Positions 8,087 to 16,414 are shown, numbered from the stretch's first letter. The stretch: DNA of 17,106 nucleotides from an uncultured delta proteobacterium (GCA_963706575.1 CAVPNL010000007.1:1-17106); one strand, 5' to 3'. A program made the numbers and translations. Notes: generated by a model not told the origin, from the sequence alone.

Positions 8087-9166
8087 TTATCTGAGCTTAA
8101 GCGTACTCATCGCCAGCAGCGCCAGCGCGATCGCAATTATCCAGAACCTGACGATGACTTTCGGCTCCGGCCATCCTTTGAGCTCGAAATGATGGTGCAG
8201 CGGGGCCATCCTCAAAATGCGGCGGCCGCTGGTCATTTTGAAAAAGCTGACCTGGAAAATGACCGATAGAGCCTCTATGACAAACAGACCGCCGACCAGC
8301 ACCAGCAGGATTTCCTGTTTGGTGATGACGGCAATGGTGCCCAGTGCTGCGCCCAGCGAAAGGGAGCCGACATCGCCCATAAATATCTGCGCCGGATAAG
8401 AATTGAACCACAAAAAACCCATGCCGGCTCCGGCCAATGTCCCGCAAAAAATGGCCACCTCGCCACTTCCGGACACATAATTAAGCTGCAGGTAGTTTGC
8501 TATTTTGATATGGCCGGCAACGTAGGCAAAGATCATGTATGCGGCGGCTGCAATGATCACCGGGCCGATGGCAAGGCCGTCCAGGCCGTCGGTCAGATTG
8601 ACGGCATTGGAGGCGGCCACAATGACGAAAGCCGCAAAAATGATATAACCCCAGCCCAGGTCCGGTGAGAGCTTTTTTAAAAACGGTATGGTAACCTCGG
8701 TGGAAAAATTCGGACTGGCGTAAACCAGAAAACCTGTGATCAGTGCCAGAACGAATTGCAACCCAAGCTTTTTACGAACCGACAGGCCCTTGCTGCGCTT
8801 TTTAACCTGCATCAAATAGTCGTCGACAAAGCCAACCAGCCCGTAGCCGATAACGACAAAGAGCATGATCCATACAAAGTAGTTGGTCAGATCGCTCCAC
8901 AGAAGGGTTGACGCTACGATTGAAAATACAATCAACAGACCGCCCATGGTAGGTGTGCCGGCCTTTGACAGATGGCTTTGCGGGCCGTCGTCACGAATGT
9001 ACTGCTTCACCTGCATGCCGCCGAGTTTGCGAATGATCCACGGGCCCAATAGGAAGCAGATAAAAAATGCCGTCAGGCTGGCATAAATGGTCCGAAACGT
9101 AATGTAACGAAATACATTAAAGACCGACAGCGTCGTATGGAGCGGATATAGCAGGTGGTATAGCAT
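8087..9166 (-). CDS. mraY: Phospho-N-acetylmuramoyl-pentapeptide transferase
   Basis: [36 protein letters not shown] and MAPLHHHFE motifs. Confidence 0.98.
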   Translation of the reverse strand: MLYHLLYPLHTTLSVFNVFRYITFRTIYASLTAFFICFLLGPWIIRKLGGMQVKQYIRDDGPQSHLSKAGTPTMGGLLIVFSIVASTLLWSDLTNYFVWIMLFVVIGYGLVGFVDDYLMQVKKRSKGLSVRKKLGLQFVLALITGFLVYASPNFSTEVTIPFLKKLSPDLGWGYIIFAAFVIVAASNAVNLTDGLDGLAIGPVIIAAAAYMIFAYVAGHIKIANYLQLNYVSGSGEVAIFCGTLAGAGMGFLWFNSYPAQIFMGDVGSLSLGAALGTIAVITKQEILLVLVGGLFVIEALSVIFQVSFFKMTSGRRILRMAPLHHHFELKGWPEPKVIVRFWIIAIALALLAMSTLKLR

Positions 9167-9167
9167 C

Positions 9168-9535
9168 GATTCGTTATTCGTTAGTTGTTATTGGTTATTC
9201 GTTAAATATCGCGGCTTGAAGCCGCTCCCACGAGTATGGCCGGTCTGTGGGAGTGGCTTCCAGCCACGATGAACTTTAGGCACTTCCAATTTTAGGCATT
9301 TTAGGCACTTTTTTATTTAAGCGTGCTTACCCGCCCGCCTCGCCCGTCCGCCGCAATCTGCGTATGCTTGAGAGCGGGACCGTCAACAGCGATGGCGGGC
9401 AGGCAGCAGCAGCCTTACCTTGTTATCAGTCATTTGTTATTGGTTATTCGTTATTTGTTAGGTGAATCATTGTCGCGGCTGGAAGCCGCTCCCACAAAGA
9501 CCCAATACCCATTAACCAATAACCAATACCAATTA
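9168..9535. repeat. Composite repeat patchwork in the murF-mraY spacer (7-mer arrays, three REP-like units, TTTAGGCA array, GC-rich hairpin)
   Basis: 7-mer arrays at 9168-9203 and 9422-9460, with a complementary array at 9501-9535. REP-like units at 9208-9231, 9247-9270 and 9472-9495. tttaggca three times in 9275-9310. Imperfect inverted repeat cccgcccgcctcgc / gcgatggcgggcagg across about 9329-9403. Confidence 0.85.
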
Positions 9536-9545
9536 AGCCTCCGGC

Positions 9546-10967
9546 TTAATCGCCGGTCCATTCTTTAAGGCCTTTTACAATGGTATCCATGCGGGCGCCA
9601 CGAGAGCCTTTAATCAGAACCCAATCGCCGGGCCGCAGAGAATCCTTGAGTGCATCTAATATTTCATCGCGGGACCCGATAAATATGTCATCGCGATTCA
9701 TTTTGGCATCCGCAGCACCGGAGGCGACAGCGGTTGCAAATTCGCCGGTAATCATGAGCTTGTCGATATTTGCCCCAGCCGCCCATGCGCCAACCTGCTT
9801 GTGCAGTGATTCAGTCCGGGTGCCCAATTCCAGCATATCTCCGGCGACGAATACGCTTCGATTGTTGGCCCGTAACGCATTAAGGGTCGTAATCGCCGCC
9901 TGCATGGAATCCGGATTGGCATTGTACGTATCATCGATGATGTGGATGCCGTTTGCCGTTTGAAAAATGTTCATGCGGCCCCAGGCCGGTTTGAATTTTT
10001 CCAGCCCTGATTTAATTTCTGCGGCCGACAACTCCAGCAGGTGACCCACTGCTGCTGCGGCCAAAGCATTAATGACCATAAACTGGCCGGGAACTTTCAG
10101 ATCGACAGTCAAACTCTCCCGGGGCAAATCCAGACTGAAGGAAATGCCGCCGACTTTTTCCTGTACCGCAGTCGCCCGAATGGCGGCTTTTTTGGTCAGG
10201 CCGAATAAGAGCACCTCCTTTTCGGTGCGGTCGGCAATCTTGGATACTCTGCGGTCATCGGCGTTCAGGACGGCTCTGCCCCCGGTTTTCAGATGTTCGA
10301 TCAACTGTCCCTTTTCGCGCATAACCCCATCCAGTGAGCCCAGTCCCTCGAGGTGCGCCGGACCGATATTGGTAATTACGCCGACATCCGGAGCGCAAAT
10401 CTGGGCTAACCGGGCGATTTCACCGGGGCTGTTGGTGCCCAGCTCGACGACTGCCCAGGTGTGTTCGGGGGCCAGTCTGAGCAGCGTCAAGGGCACACCG
10501 ATCTGGTTGTTATAGTTTCCGATGGTTGAAAGGGTGCTAAATTTTCTAGCCACCACCTCAGCGGTCATCTGGCGGGTGGTGGTTTTGCCGTTTGAGCCCG
10601 TTATCGCAACCACCGCAACATCGGTTCGTGAACGGTGAAAAGCTGCCAAGTCGCCCAGGGCCCGCTGTGTATCGGCTACAGCGACACAGGCAATATGGCG
10701 GGCCTGCCATTCGGAAATCGGCAATTCTCCTATTTTCTCTTTGGCCACAACAAGACCGCCGACACCCTTTTCGACCACATCGTTTGCAAACCGGTGACCG
10801 TCATGTACCTCACCGACAATTGCCACAAACAGATCCCCGGGAGATATGTTGCGCGAATCAATACTTACTTTTTCAAACCCTCGCGCTTTGTCTCCGCACA
10901 ATAATTCACCACCGGTGGCTTTCAGGATTTCAGATAATGTCCATGGTGTCGGCTGTGTGTTTGTCAT
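9546..10967 (-). CDS. murF: UDP-N-acetylmuramoyl-tripeptide--D-alanyl-D-alanine ligase
   Basis: SIDSR, ITGSNGKTTT, GNYNNQIGVPLTL, DDTYNANPDSM and KGSRG motifs. Start placed at ATG 10967 (MTNTQPTPWTLSEI), where MurF similarity begins. Confidence 0.95.
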   Translation of the reverse strand: MTNTQPTPWTLSEILKATGGELLCGDKARGFEKVSIDSRNISPGDLFVAIVGEVHDGHRFANDVVEKGVGGLVVAKEKIGELPISEWQARHIACVAVADTQRALGDLAAFHRSRTDVAVVAITGSNGKTTTRQMTAEVVARKFSTLSTIGNYNNQIGVPLTLLRLAPEHTWAVVELGTNSPGEIARLAQICAPDVGVITNIGPAHLEGLGSLDGVMREKGQLIEHLKTGGRAVLNADDRRVSKIADRTEKEVLLFGLTKKAAIRATAVQEKVGGISFSLDLPRESLTVDLKVPGQFMVINALAAAAVGHLLELSAAEIKSGLEKFKPAWGRMNIFQTANGIHIIDDTYNANPDSMQAAITTLNALRANNRSVFVAGDMLELGTRTESLHKQVGAWAAGANIDKLMITGEFATAVASGAADAKMNRDDIFIGSRDEILDALKDSLRPGDWVLIKGSRGARMDTIVKGLKEWTGD

Positions 10968-11013
10968 TGCTACCGATTTGCTTCTACCACCGGCCAATGG
11001 CCAGCAGCCAGTT

Positions 11014-12543
11014 TCAAGTAGCCAGCTTTGCCAGCGCTTTCCCGGCTTCTTGTCTGTCATCAAAGGCAATGGTTGAAGTTCCCAGGATCTGATACGTCTC
11101 ATGACCTTTTCCGGCAATCAATACCGTGTCGCCCGCTTCGGAAACCGCAATCCCCAGCTGAATTGCCCGCTGCCGGTCGGCTTCAACCACATAGCCTTTT
11201 TCCTTAAAACCGTTCTTTAAATCAGACACTGAATAGTCACGGCTGTTTGTTTTGCGGGCGCCGTCAAGAATCTGAGCAATAATCGCCATGGGGTCTTCCG
11301 TGCGCGGATTATCTGAAGTCACCACCGCCAGATCGCAAAGTCGCGCAGCAATTTCTCCCATTAGCGGCCGCTTTTCTTTGTCTCTGTCGCCGCCGCAGCC
11401 AAACACGCAGATAATTCTGCGTTGCATAACGGCGCTCAGGGCCTTAATGACATTCTCCAGGGCGTCGGGCGTATGCGCATAATCCACATACACAAAACGG
11501 CCGGCATTGTTTTCAATCTGCTCCAGGCGACCCGGTATGACGGAGACGGCTTCAATTCCGGGTCTCAGGTCCTCGACTGTCAGATTCAGCGCCGATCCGA
11601 CACCGGCCGCGCACAGGATATTTTCCAGGTTGTGTTTGCCGACCAGACGGGATTTAAAATGAAATTTTCCGCCCGGCGTTGATATCTCGCCGGCAATGCC
11701 GTTTCGGTCGCATTGGGCGTTATCGGCGTAAACGGTATCATTGGGACTTGAACCCGTCCTAATTACCGGAACTTTCAGAACCTCGGCCAGTTCGCTGCCG
11801 TTTTTGTTGTCACAATTAATCACCGCGACCGCATGCCCGCTTTTGGGGCCCTCAACCAGGTATTCGGTAAAAAGCTTTTTTTTGCTGGACCAGTAGGATT
11901 CCATGTCTCCGTGGAAATCGAGATGATCCTGACTCAGGTTGATAAACGCCGCTACGTCAAACCGGCAGTTTCGAATGCGACCCAGGTCAATGGCATGCGA
12001 TGATGCCTCCATGACCACATGGCTGACACCGGCTCGCAGCATATCCGCCAAAATGCGCTGCAGATCAAGCGACTCGGGCGTGGTTATCGGGTTGTCGAAG
12101 GTTTGGCCCGCATACCGATAGTTAATGGTTCCGATGACGCCAACCTCAAATCCGGCCTGTTGCAGGATGCTTTCAACCAGATATGCGCTGGTGGTTTTGC
12201 CATTGGTCCCGGTAATACCGATAACCGTCAATCGCTCTGATGGGTTGTCAAAAAAGCAGGCAGCGATATCAGCCAACGCTTGCCTTGTGTCGGCAACCCG
12301 GATGTTCAGTGTTTTACCTTTAATTTCTTTTTGCGAGACGACCGCAACAGCACCTCTTTCAATCGCATCGCCAATATAATCGTGGCCATCGGCAGCGTGA
12401 CCGGCAATGGCCACAAACAATCCGCCGGGCTTTACATCCTGGGATCGATAATGAATCGATCGGATTTCCGGGTCTTTTTTGCCGGACCCTTTATGATCGA
12501 TCGACAGCGGTTTGGCAGCCTCGATTAGACCCGACAGTTTCAC
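11014..12543 (-). CDS. murE: UDP-N-acetylmuramoyl-L-alanyl-D-glutamate--2,6-diaminopimelate ligase
   Basis: ITGTNGKTT, TTPES, MEASSHA, VDYAHTPDAL, FGCGGDRD and AGKGHE motifs. The DNPR motif indicates meso-DAP specificity. GTG start overlaps the ftsI stop (GTGA). Confidence 0.97.
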   Translation of the reverse strand: MKLSGLIEAAKPLSIDHKGSGKKDPEIRSIHYRSQDVKPGGLFVAIAGHAADGHDYIGDAIERGAVAVVSQKEIKGKTLNIRVADTRQALADIAACFFDNPSERLTVIGITGTNGKTTSAYLVESILQQAGFEVGVIGTINYRYAGQTFDNPITTPESLDLQRILADMLRAGVSHVVMEASSHAIDLGRIRNCRFDVAAFINLSQDHLDFHGDMESYWSSKKKLFTEYLVEGPKSGHAVAVINCDNKNGSELAEVLKVPVIRTGSSPNDTVYADNAQCDRNGIAGEISTPGGKFHFKSRLVGKHNLENILCAAGVGSALNLTVEDLRPGIEAVSVIPGRLEQIENNAGRFVYVDYAHTPDALENVIKALSAVMQRRIICVFGCGGDRDKEKRPLMGEIAARLCDLAVVTSDNPRTEDPMAIIAQILDGARKTNSRDYSVSDLKNGFKEKGYVVEADRQRAIQLGIAVSEAGDTVLIAGKGHETYQILGTSTIAFDDRQEAGKALAKLAT

Positions 12544-14267
12544 CCGCTGACCTCGATCCTGCGCGAAGTCGCAAACCTTTTCACCCCGCTGCTGGGCGGG
12601 ATGTTGAGATAATTCAGCGTTTCGCGAGCGATTCGGCGAAACACCGGTGCCGCTACCGTCCCGCCGTAATATTTTCCTTGCGGTTCATCTATGAGCACCA
12701 GGATGGCCAGCTTCGGATTGTCGGCCGGCGTAAATCCCACAAAAGAGGCCATATGCCGATCATTCGAGTATGTTCCGCTTTTATCCAGTTTGCGGGCCGT
12801 ACCTGTTTTTCCGGAAACCGCATAACCATCGAGGGCGGCATTGACGCCCGTGCCGCCTTTGGTGGTGACCGTTTTCATTATGGCCTTAACCGTTCGGGCC
12901 GTTTTCTTTGCAAGGACTCTTCGGACGGTCTGCGGCTGAAACTGTTTCAGCGGCGCGCCGCTTTGATCCGTGATGGCCTGAACAAGATAGGGCTTCATCA
13001 AAATTCCGTCGTTGGCGATGGCGGAAGCTGCTGTGACAAGTTGAATGGCCGATACCGACACGCCATAGCCAAATGCAATGGCGCCGGTATCTACAGACGT
13101 CCACTTCTTGTAATGGGCCAGGCTGCCGGCTGTCTCTCCGGGCGAGTCGATTCCCGTTTTGCTGCCGAAACCGAACTTGCGAAACATGGTGTAAAGCCGC
13201 TTTGCGCCGATCTTTTCGCTGACCTTCACCGCCCCGATATTGCTTGAATATTTAACAATTTGCTGCAATGACAGCCATCCGTGCTTTTTAATGTCATGCA
13301 CGACATTTCGCCCGATTTTATAGGCGCCGTTTTCACAAAAAAAGATGTCGTGCGCTCTAATGTTGCTGGATTCGATGGCAGCCGCAGCACTGAATATTTT
13401 CACGGTCGAGCCCGGTTCAAACGGATCGGTGATCGCCCGGTTGCGCCACAATTCCTTATTAAAATCCGTATAGGAATTAGGATTAAAAAACGGAACGTGC
13501 GCCATCGCCAGAATCGCACCGGTTTGGGGCTCCATGACGATGGCCATCCCCGAACGGGCGGAATATTCTTTGACCGCTTCTTCCAGAGCGCTTTCAGCGA
13601 TATACTGAACGGCGCTGTCAATCGTTAGGATGATGTTGCGACCACCGCTGTGGCGTTCTGCTCCCTGCTCCTCGTTGAACACTTTGCCCAATGCATCTTT
13701 GAATACCTTATGCTTACCGGCTGATCCCTGCAAAAAGTCATCATAGGAAAATTCGATTCCTTCCAGACCGTAGCCGTCGAGGCCCGTAAATCCGACGGCC
13801 TGGGATGCCAGCGTTTTATTGGGATAAAAACGGTTGCGTTCGGGTACAAACTCGATGCCGTCCAAATCCAGCGATTTTACAGCAGCGGTTTCCTTTGGGC
13901 TTGCCTGGCGCTTAATCCAGACAAAGGGTCCTTTGGATTTGAGTTTTTTTAATATATAGCGACGATCCGCTTTTAAAATCTTTGCCAGGGCTCTGGATGC
14001 CGCCTTGGGCTGCTTTATTTTAGATGTTCGGGCCCCAATCGAGGTCACATCGATGGTAACGGCCATTTCCCTTAAGTTGCGATCATACACCGTCCCACGC
14101 TTACCGCTTGATTTAAGGGATTGTTCATACTGGCTTGAAGCTTTTTGAGCCAGCCAGGGACTGCGGTACACCTGCAGGTGCACGGCTTTGGCTCCGATCA
14201 CCGCAAACAGGGCGATGAATGCCAGGCCGATTAAAAAGACGCGAAATTTGATGTATTTGCCTATCAT
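12540..14267 (-). CDS. ftsI: Class B penicillin-binding protein FtsI/PBP3
   Basis: N-terminal transmembrane helix, RGTVYDRN, transpeptidase motifs SxxK (EPGSTVK), SxN (SSN) and KTG. Position after ftsL. Confidence 0.95.
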   Translation of the reverse strand: MIGKYIKFRVFLIGLAFIALFAVIGAKAVHLQVYRSPWLAQKASSQYEQSLKSSGKRGTVYDRNLREMAVTIDVTSIGARTSKIKQPKAASRALAKILKADRRYILKKLKSKGPFVWIKRQASPKETAAVKSLDLDGIEFVPERNRFYPNKTLASQAVGFTGLDGYGLEGIEFSYDDFLQGSAGKHKVFKDALGKVFNEEQGAERHSGGRNIILTIDSAVQYIAESALEEAVKEYSARSGMAIVMEPQTGAILAMAHVPFFNPNSYTDFNKELWRNRAITDPFEPGSTVKIFSAAAAIESSNIRAHDIFFCENGAYKIGRNVVHDIKKHGWLSLQQIVKYSSNIGAVKVSEKIGAKRLYTMFRKFGFGSKTGIDSPGETAGSLAHYKKWTSVDTGAIAFGYGVSVSAIQLVTAASAIANDGILMKPYLVQAITDQSGAPLKQFQPQTVRRVLAKKTARTVKAIMKTVTTKGGTGVNAALDGYAVSGKTGTARKLDKSGTYSNDRHMASFVGFTPADNPKLAILVLIDEPQGKYYGGTVAAPVFRRIARETLNYLNIPPSSGVKRFATSRRIEVSG

Positions 14268-14318
14268 TTCAACAGAATTTTGTCCGTCTAATAGGTTACT
14301 ATCCGCAAAAATTTTTTA

Positions 14319-14398
14319 ACCACGAAAACACGAAAACTTTAAAGCACGAAATTTTTTTATTCTTTTTTCGTGTTTCAGTTCTTTCGTGTTTTCGTGGT
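14319..14398. repeat. Inverted 9-nt (CACGAAAA-type) repeat hairpin
   Basis: Perfect 17-bp inverted repeat accacgaaaacacgaaa 14319-14335 / tttcgtgttttcgtggt 14382-14398, with additional internal cacgaaa/tttcgtg units. Confidence 0.85.
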
Positions 14399-14441
14399 AA
14401 ACTCATCTTTTTTTGCTTATCCGGCAAATTGTTGCCTAATT

Positions 14442-14529
14442 AATATCGCGCGCAAAGCGCCGCAAAGAAAAAAGATCTTATTAGTTAACCAAAAAAACTT
14501 GGCGCCTTGGCGTCTTTGCGTGAGATATT
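14442..14529. repeat. Imperfect inverted CGCAAAG/CTTTGCG repeat element
   Basis: aatatcgcgcgcaaagcgccgcaaag ... cttggcgccttggcgtctttgcgtgagatatt. The 15-mer gcgtctttgcgtgag (14510-14524) also occurs exactly at 6499-6513. Confidence 0.75.
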
Positions 14530-14546
14530 TCTCCATTTCACATAGG

Positions 14547-14840
14547 TCAGGGTATGATGATGAGCTGTTTGCTTGTCGGAGCAACCAGTCCCAGTTGTTG
14601 TTTGGCAATTTTAGAAATCCGCCGTGGCGCTTTCAGGCGCGCCAGCTCAATTTTTAGATTATCCTGCATCCTCACCAGCCGTTCCTGATTGGCGCTGATT
14701 TCGGAAATTTCGTATCGGACCTGTACGCATTGAACCCGGCTCCATGTGTAAAAAAGGAGTTCGGCGATAAAAAGACCCATAAAGGCCAGCCATGCTGCCA
14801 GTATTCTGGGATTTCGCTTCTTTCTTTTTTTGCGTTTCAT
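14547..14840 (-). CDS. ftsL: Cell division protein FtsL
   Basis: 97 aa with a basic N-terminus, one transmembrane helix, a coiled-coil segment and LKAPRRISKIAKQQLGL. Located between rsmH and ftsI. Confidence 0.9.
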   Translation of the reverse strand: MKRKKRKKRNPRILAAWLAFMGLFIAELLFYTWSRVQCVQVRYEISEISANQERLVRMQDNLKIELARLKAPRRISKIAKQQLGLVAPTSKQLIIIP

Positions 14841-14864
14841 GGGTTTACCGATGATGCCGATCGG

Positions 14865-14945
14865 TCATACAGACCAGGCAAAAACAACCAAAACGATTAA
14901 TAAAATAAACTGCAACAGATAAACGATCTTATCGAATTGTGCCAT
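14865..14945 (-). CDS. Putative small single-pass membrane protein (26 aa, up to 37 aa from ATG 14978)
   Basis: Manual translation MAQFDKIVYLLQFILLIVLVVFAWSV*, with a hydrophobic run of about 20 residues. Co-oriented with the operon and fills the rsmH-ftsL gap. GAGGG and GGGGGA purine motifs lie upstream of in-frame ATG/TTG codons. Confidence 0.55.
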   Translation of the reverse strand: MAQFDKIVYLLQFILLIVLVVFAWSV

Positions 14946-14984
14946 AATTGCTGAATCCCTCAATTCATAATCCCCCATATGTTC

Positions 14985-15923
14985 TTAAATTTTCTCCGCC
15001 GCTCTCAGCCGGGTGCTGCGGGACATGGGGTTCTGCGAAACTTCCTCCTGCCCCGGCCGCACCACCTTTTTTGTTAGCGAGCGCATCACACTTTTTTTGC
15101 CGCATGCGCACTCAGGCAATTTGGGTGGGCAGATGCACCCTTTTTCCATTGCTCTGATATGTTGTTTGACAATGCGATCCTCCAACGAATGAAACGATAA
15201 AACACAAAGCCGGCCCTTTGGGTTCAACCAGTCAGCCACGCCGGCCATAAATCTGTCGAGCACCTCCAGCTCTTTATTGACCGCGATTCGCAGTGCCATA
15301 AAAACCCGCGTGGCCGGGTGGATGTGCTGCTCTTTAGGCGCCCGGCGCGGAACTGCACTGCGTATGATTTGGGCCAGTTGCCTGCTGGTCTGAATTTTCT
15401 TTTGCCGACGGTTTTTAACAATGCTGCGGGCAATCTGTTTTGACCAGCGCTCTTCACCATAGTCTTTAAAGATTTTGCGAAGCGCTTCCTCTGCTAACGT
15501 ATTCACCAGATCGCCGGCCCGGGTTGCGGCTCGATTGTCCATCCGCATATCGAGCGGCTCGTCCTTATTGAAGCTGAAGCCTCTGCCGCTGTTTTCAAGC
15601 TGATGCAGCGACAGGCCCAGATCGAGCAGAATTCCGTCAACCGCATCTGTTTTTATTTGGGCTAGAAATTGAGGTAGATTTATGAAATTGCCATGGAAGA
15701 GGTGGATATTTGATGAATAGGGTTGCAGCGTTTTTTGGGCATTTGCAATGGCGTCGCTATCCTGGTCGATTCCGATAAATAAGCCGTCCGGTAAAATCCG
15801 TTCACATATGGCTCTGGCATGACCTGATCCACCCAAAGTACAGTCAGTGTAGGTTTTACCCGGCCGGCAGTTCAGATAATGGATCACTTCGTTGAGCATC
15901 ACGGGGATATGTCGGTACGCCAT
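14985..15923 (-). CDS. rsmH: 16S rRNA m4C1402 methyltransferase RsmH (MraW)
   Basis: HIPVML, DCTLGGSGH, RGFSF, PLDMRMD, HPATRVFMALRIAVN, SFHSLEDRIVK and NPMSRSTRLR motifs. Confidence 0.98.
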   Translation of the reverse strand: MAYRHIPVMLNEVIHYLNCRPGKTYTDCTLGGSGHARAICERILPDGLFIGIDQDSDAIANAQKTLQPYSSNIHLFHGNFINLPQFLAQIKTDAVDGILLDLGLSLHQLENSGRGFSFNKDEPLDMRMDNRAATRAGDLVNTLAEEALRKIFKDYGEERWSKQIARSIVKNRRQKKIQTSRQLAQIIRSAVPRRAPKEQHIHPATRVFMALRIAVNKELEVLDRFMAGVADWLNPKGRLCVLSFHSLEDRIVKQHIRAMEKGCICPPKLPECACGKKSVMRSLTKKVVRPGQEEVSQNPMSRSTRLRAAEKI

Positions 15924-15927
15924 AGAT

Positions 15928-16374
15928 TTAGAGTCCTAATTTGGCAATTTCGTTTCTGACCTCCTCCTTTTTAAAGTCTTTTTCCAATGCGATGTTTTCC
16001 TGCTCCCACTTCTGACGGGCCCAGATTTCAAAATGTTCGAGGACGCCGACCAGCACGATTTCTTTGTTGAAATCCGCATACTGCCTTAAGCTTTGCGGGA
16101 TGAGAATGCGGTCCTGCTTGTCGCAACTGCATTCAAAGGCCCCCCCGATAAACACCCGTCTGAACCGGCGCATGTTCTCACTGGTTTCAGCCAGCGACAG
16201 GATCTTGTTTTCTAAATTTCGCCACTCTTTAAACGGATAAGCCACCAGGCAGTTGTCCATACGGGAGATCATCACCCCATCACCGTCCTTCGACTTGATA
16301 AACTGCCGAAATCTGGCCGGAATGATCATGCGACCTTTGTTGTCAATTGTATGAAATGAACTGCCTCGAAACAT
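15928..16374 (-). CDS. mraZ: dcw cluster transcriptional repressor MraZ
   Basis: MFRGSSFHTIDNKGRMIIPARFR, a second repeat DKQDRILIP, and VLVGVLEHFEIW. Start at ATG 16374 with GGAG just upstream. Confidence 0.97.
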   Translation of the reverse strand: MFRGSSFHTIDNKGRMIIPARFRQFIKSKDGDGVMISRMDNCLVAYPFKEWRNLENKILSLAETSENMRRFRRVFIGGAFECSCDKQDRILIPQSLRQYADFNKEIVLVGVLEHFEIWARQKWEQENIALEKDFKKEEVRNEIAKLGL

Positions 16375-16380
16375 AGTTCT

Positions 16381-16414
16381 CCATCCTACTACCACTTTAA
16401 CCCACGTATTACCA
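16381..16414 (-). promoter_or_regulatory. Putative MraZ-binding direct repeats (TGG/GTGG every 10-11 nt)
   Basis: Minus strand reads tggtaatac-gtgggttaaa-gtggtagtag-gatgg. On the plus strand cca starts at 16381, 16392, 16402 and 16412. This matches the known MraZ operator style of (G)TGG repeats with 10-bp period. Confidence 0.7.

Noticed and set aside
9168..9535. Possible CRISPR array in the repeat-rich spacers
   Set aside because: There are no identical 23-47 nt direct repeats with regular unique spacers, and no cas genes.
9323..9568. 81-aa plus-strand ORF in the murF-mraY spacer
   Set aside because: It is a translation of heptamer and REP repeats (LVISHLLLVIRYLL, SRLEAAPT, YPLTNNQYQL) and is antisense to the operon.
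11037..11043. GGGAAAG slippery-like heptamer near the murE 3' end
   Set aside because: Its phase and direction do not take ribosomes from the murE frame to the murF frame, which would require a +1 shift.
360..13628. Many plus-strand and alternative-frame ORFs (for example 1327-1920, 2662-3297, 12678-13247)
   Set aside because: They are antisense or shadow frames of well-conserved dcw genes and show no recognisable motifs.
14370..14657. ORFs 14370-14657 (+) and 14417-14608 (-)
   Set aside because: They overlap ftsL and run through inverted-repeat elements, with repeat-derived peptides such as LAPWRLCVR.
15100..15140. Cys-rich CICPPKLPECAC segment in RsmH
   Set aside because: This is a common feature of RsmH in several phyla and is not novel.
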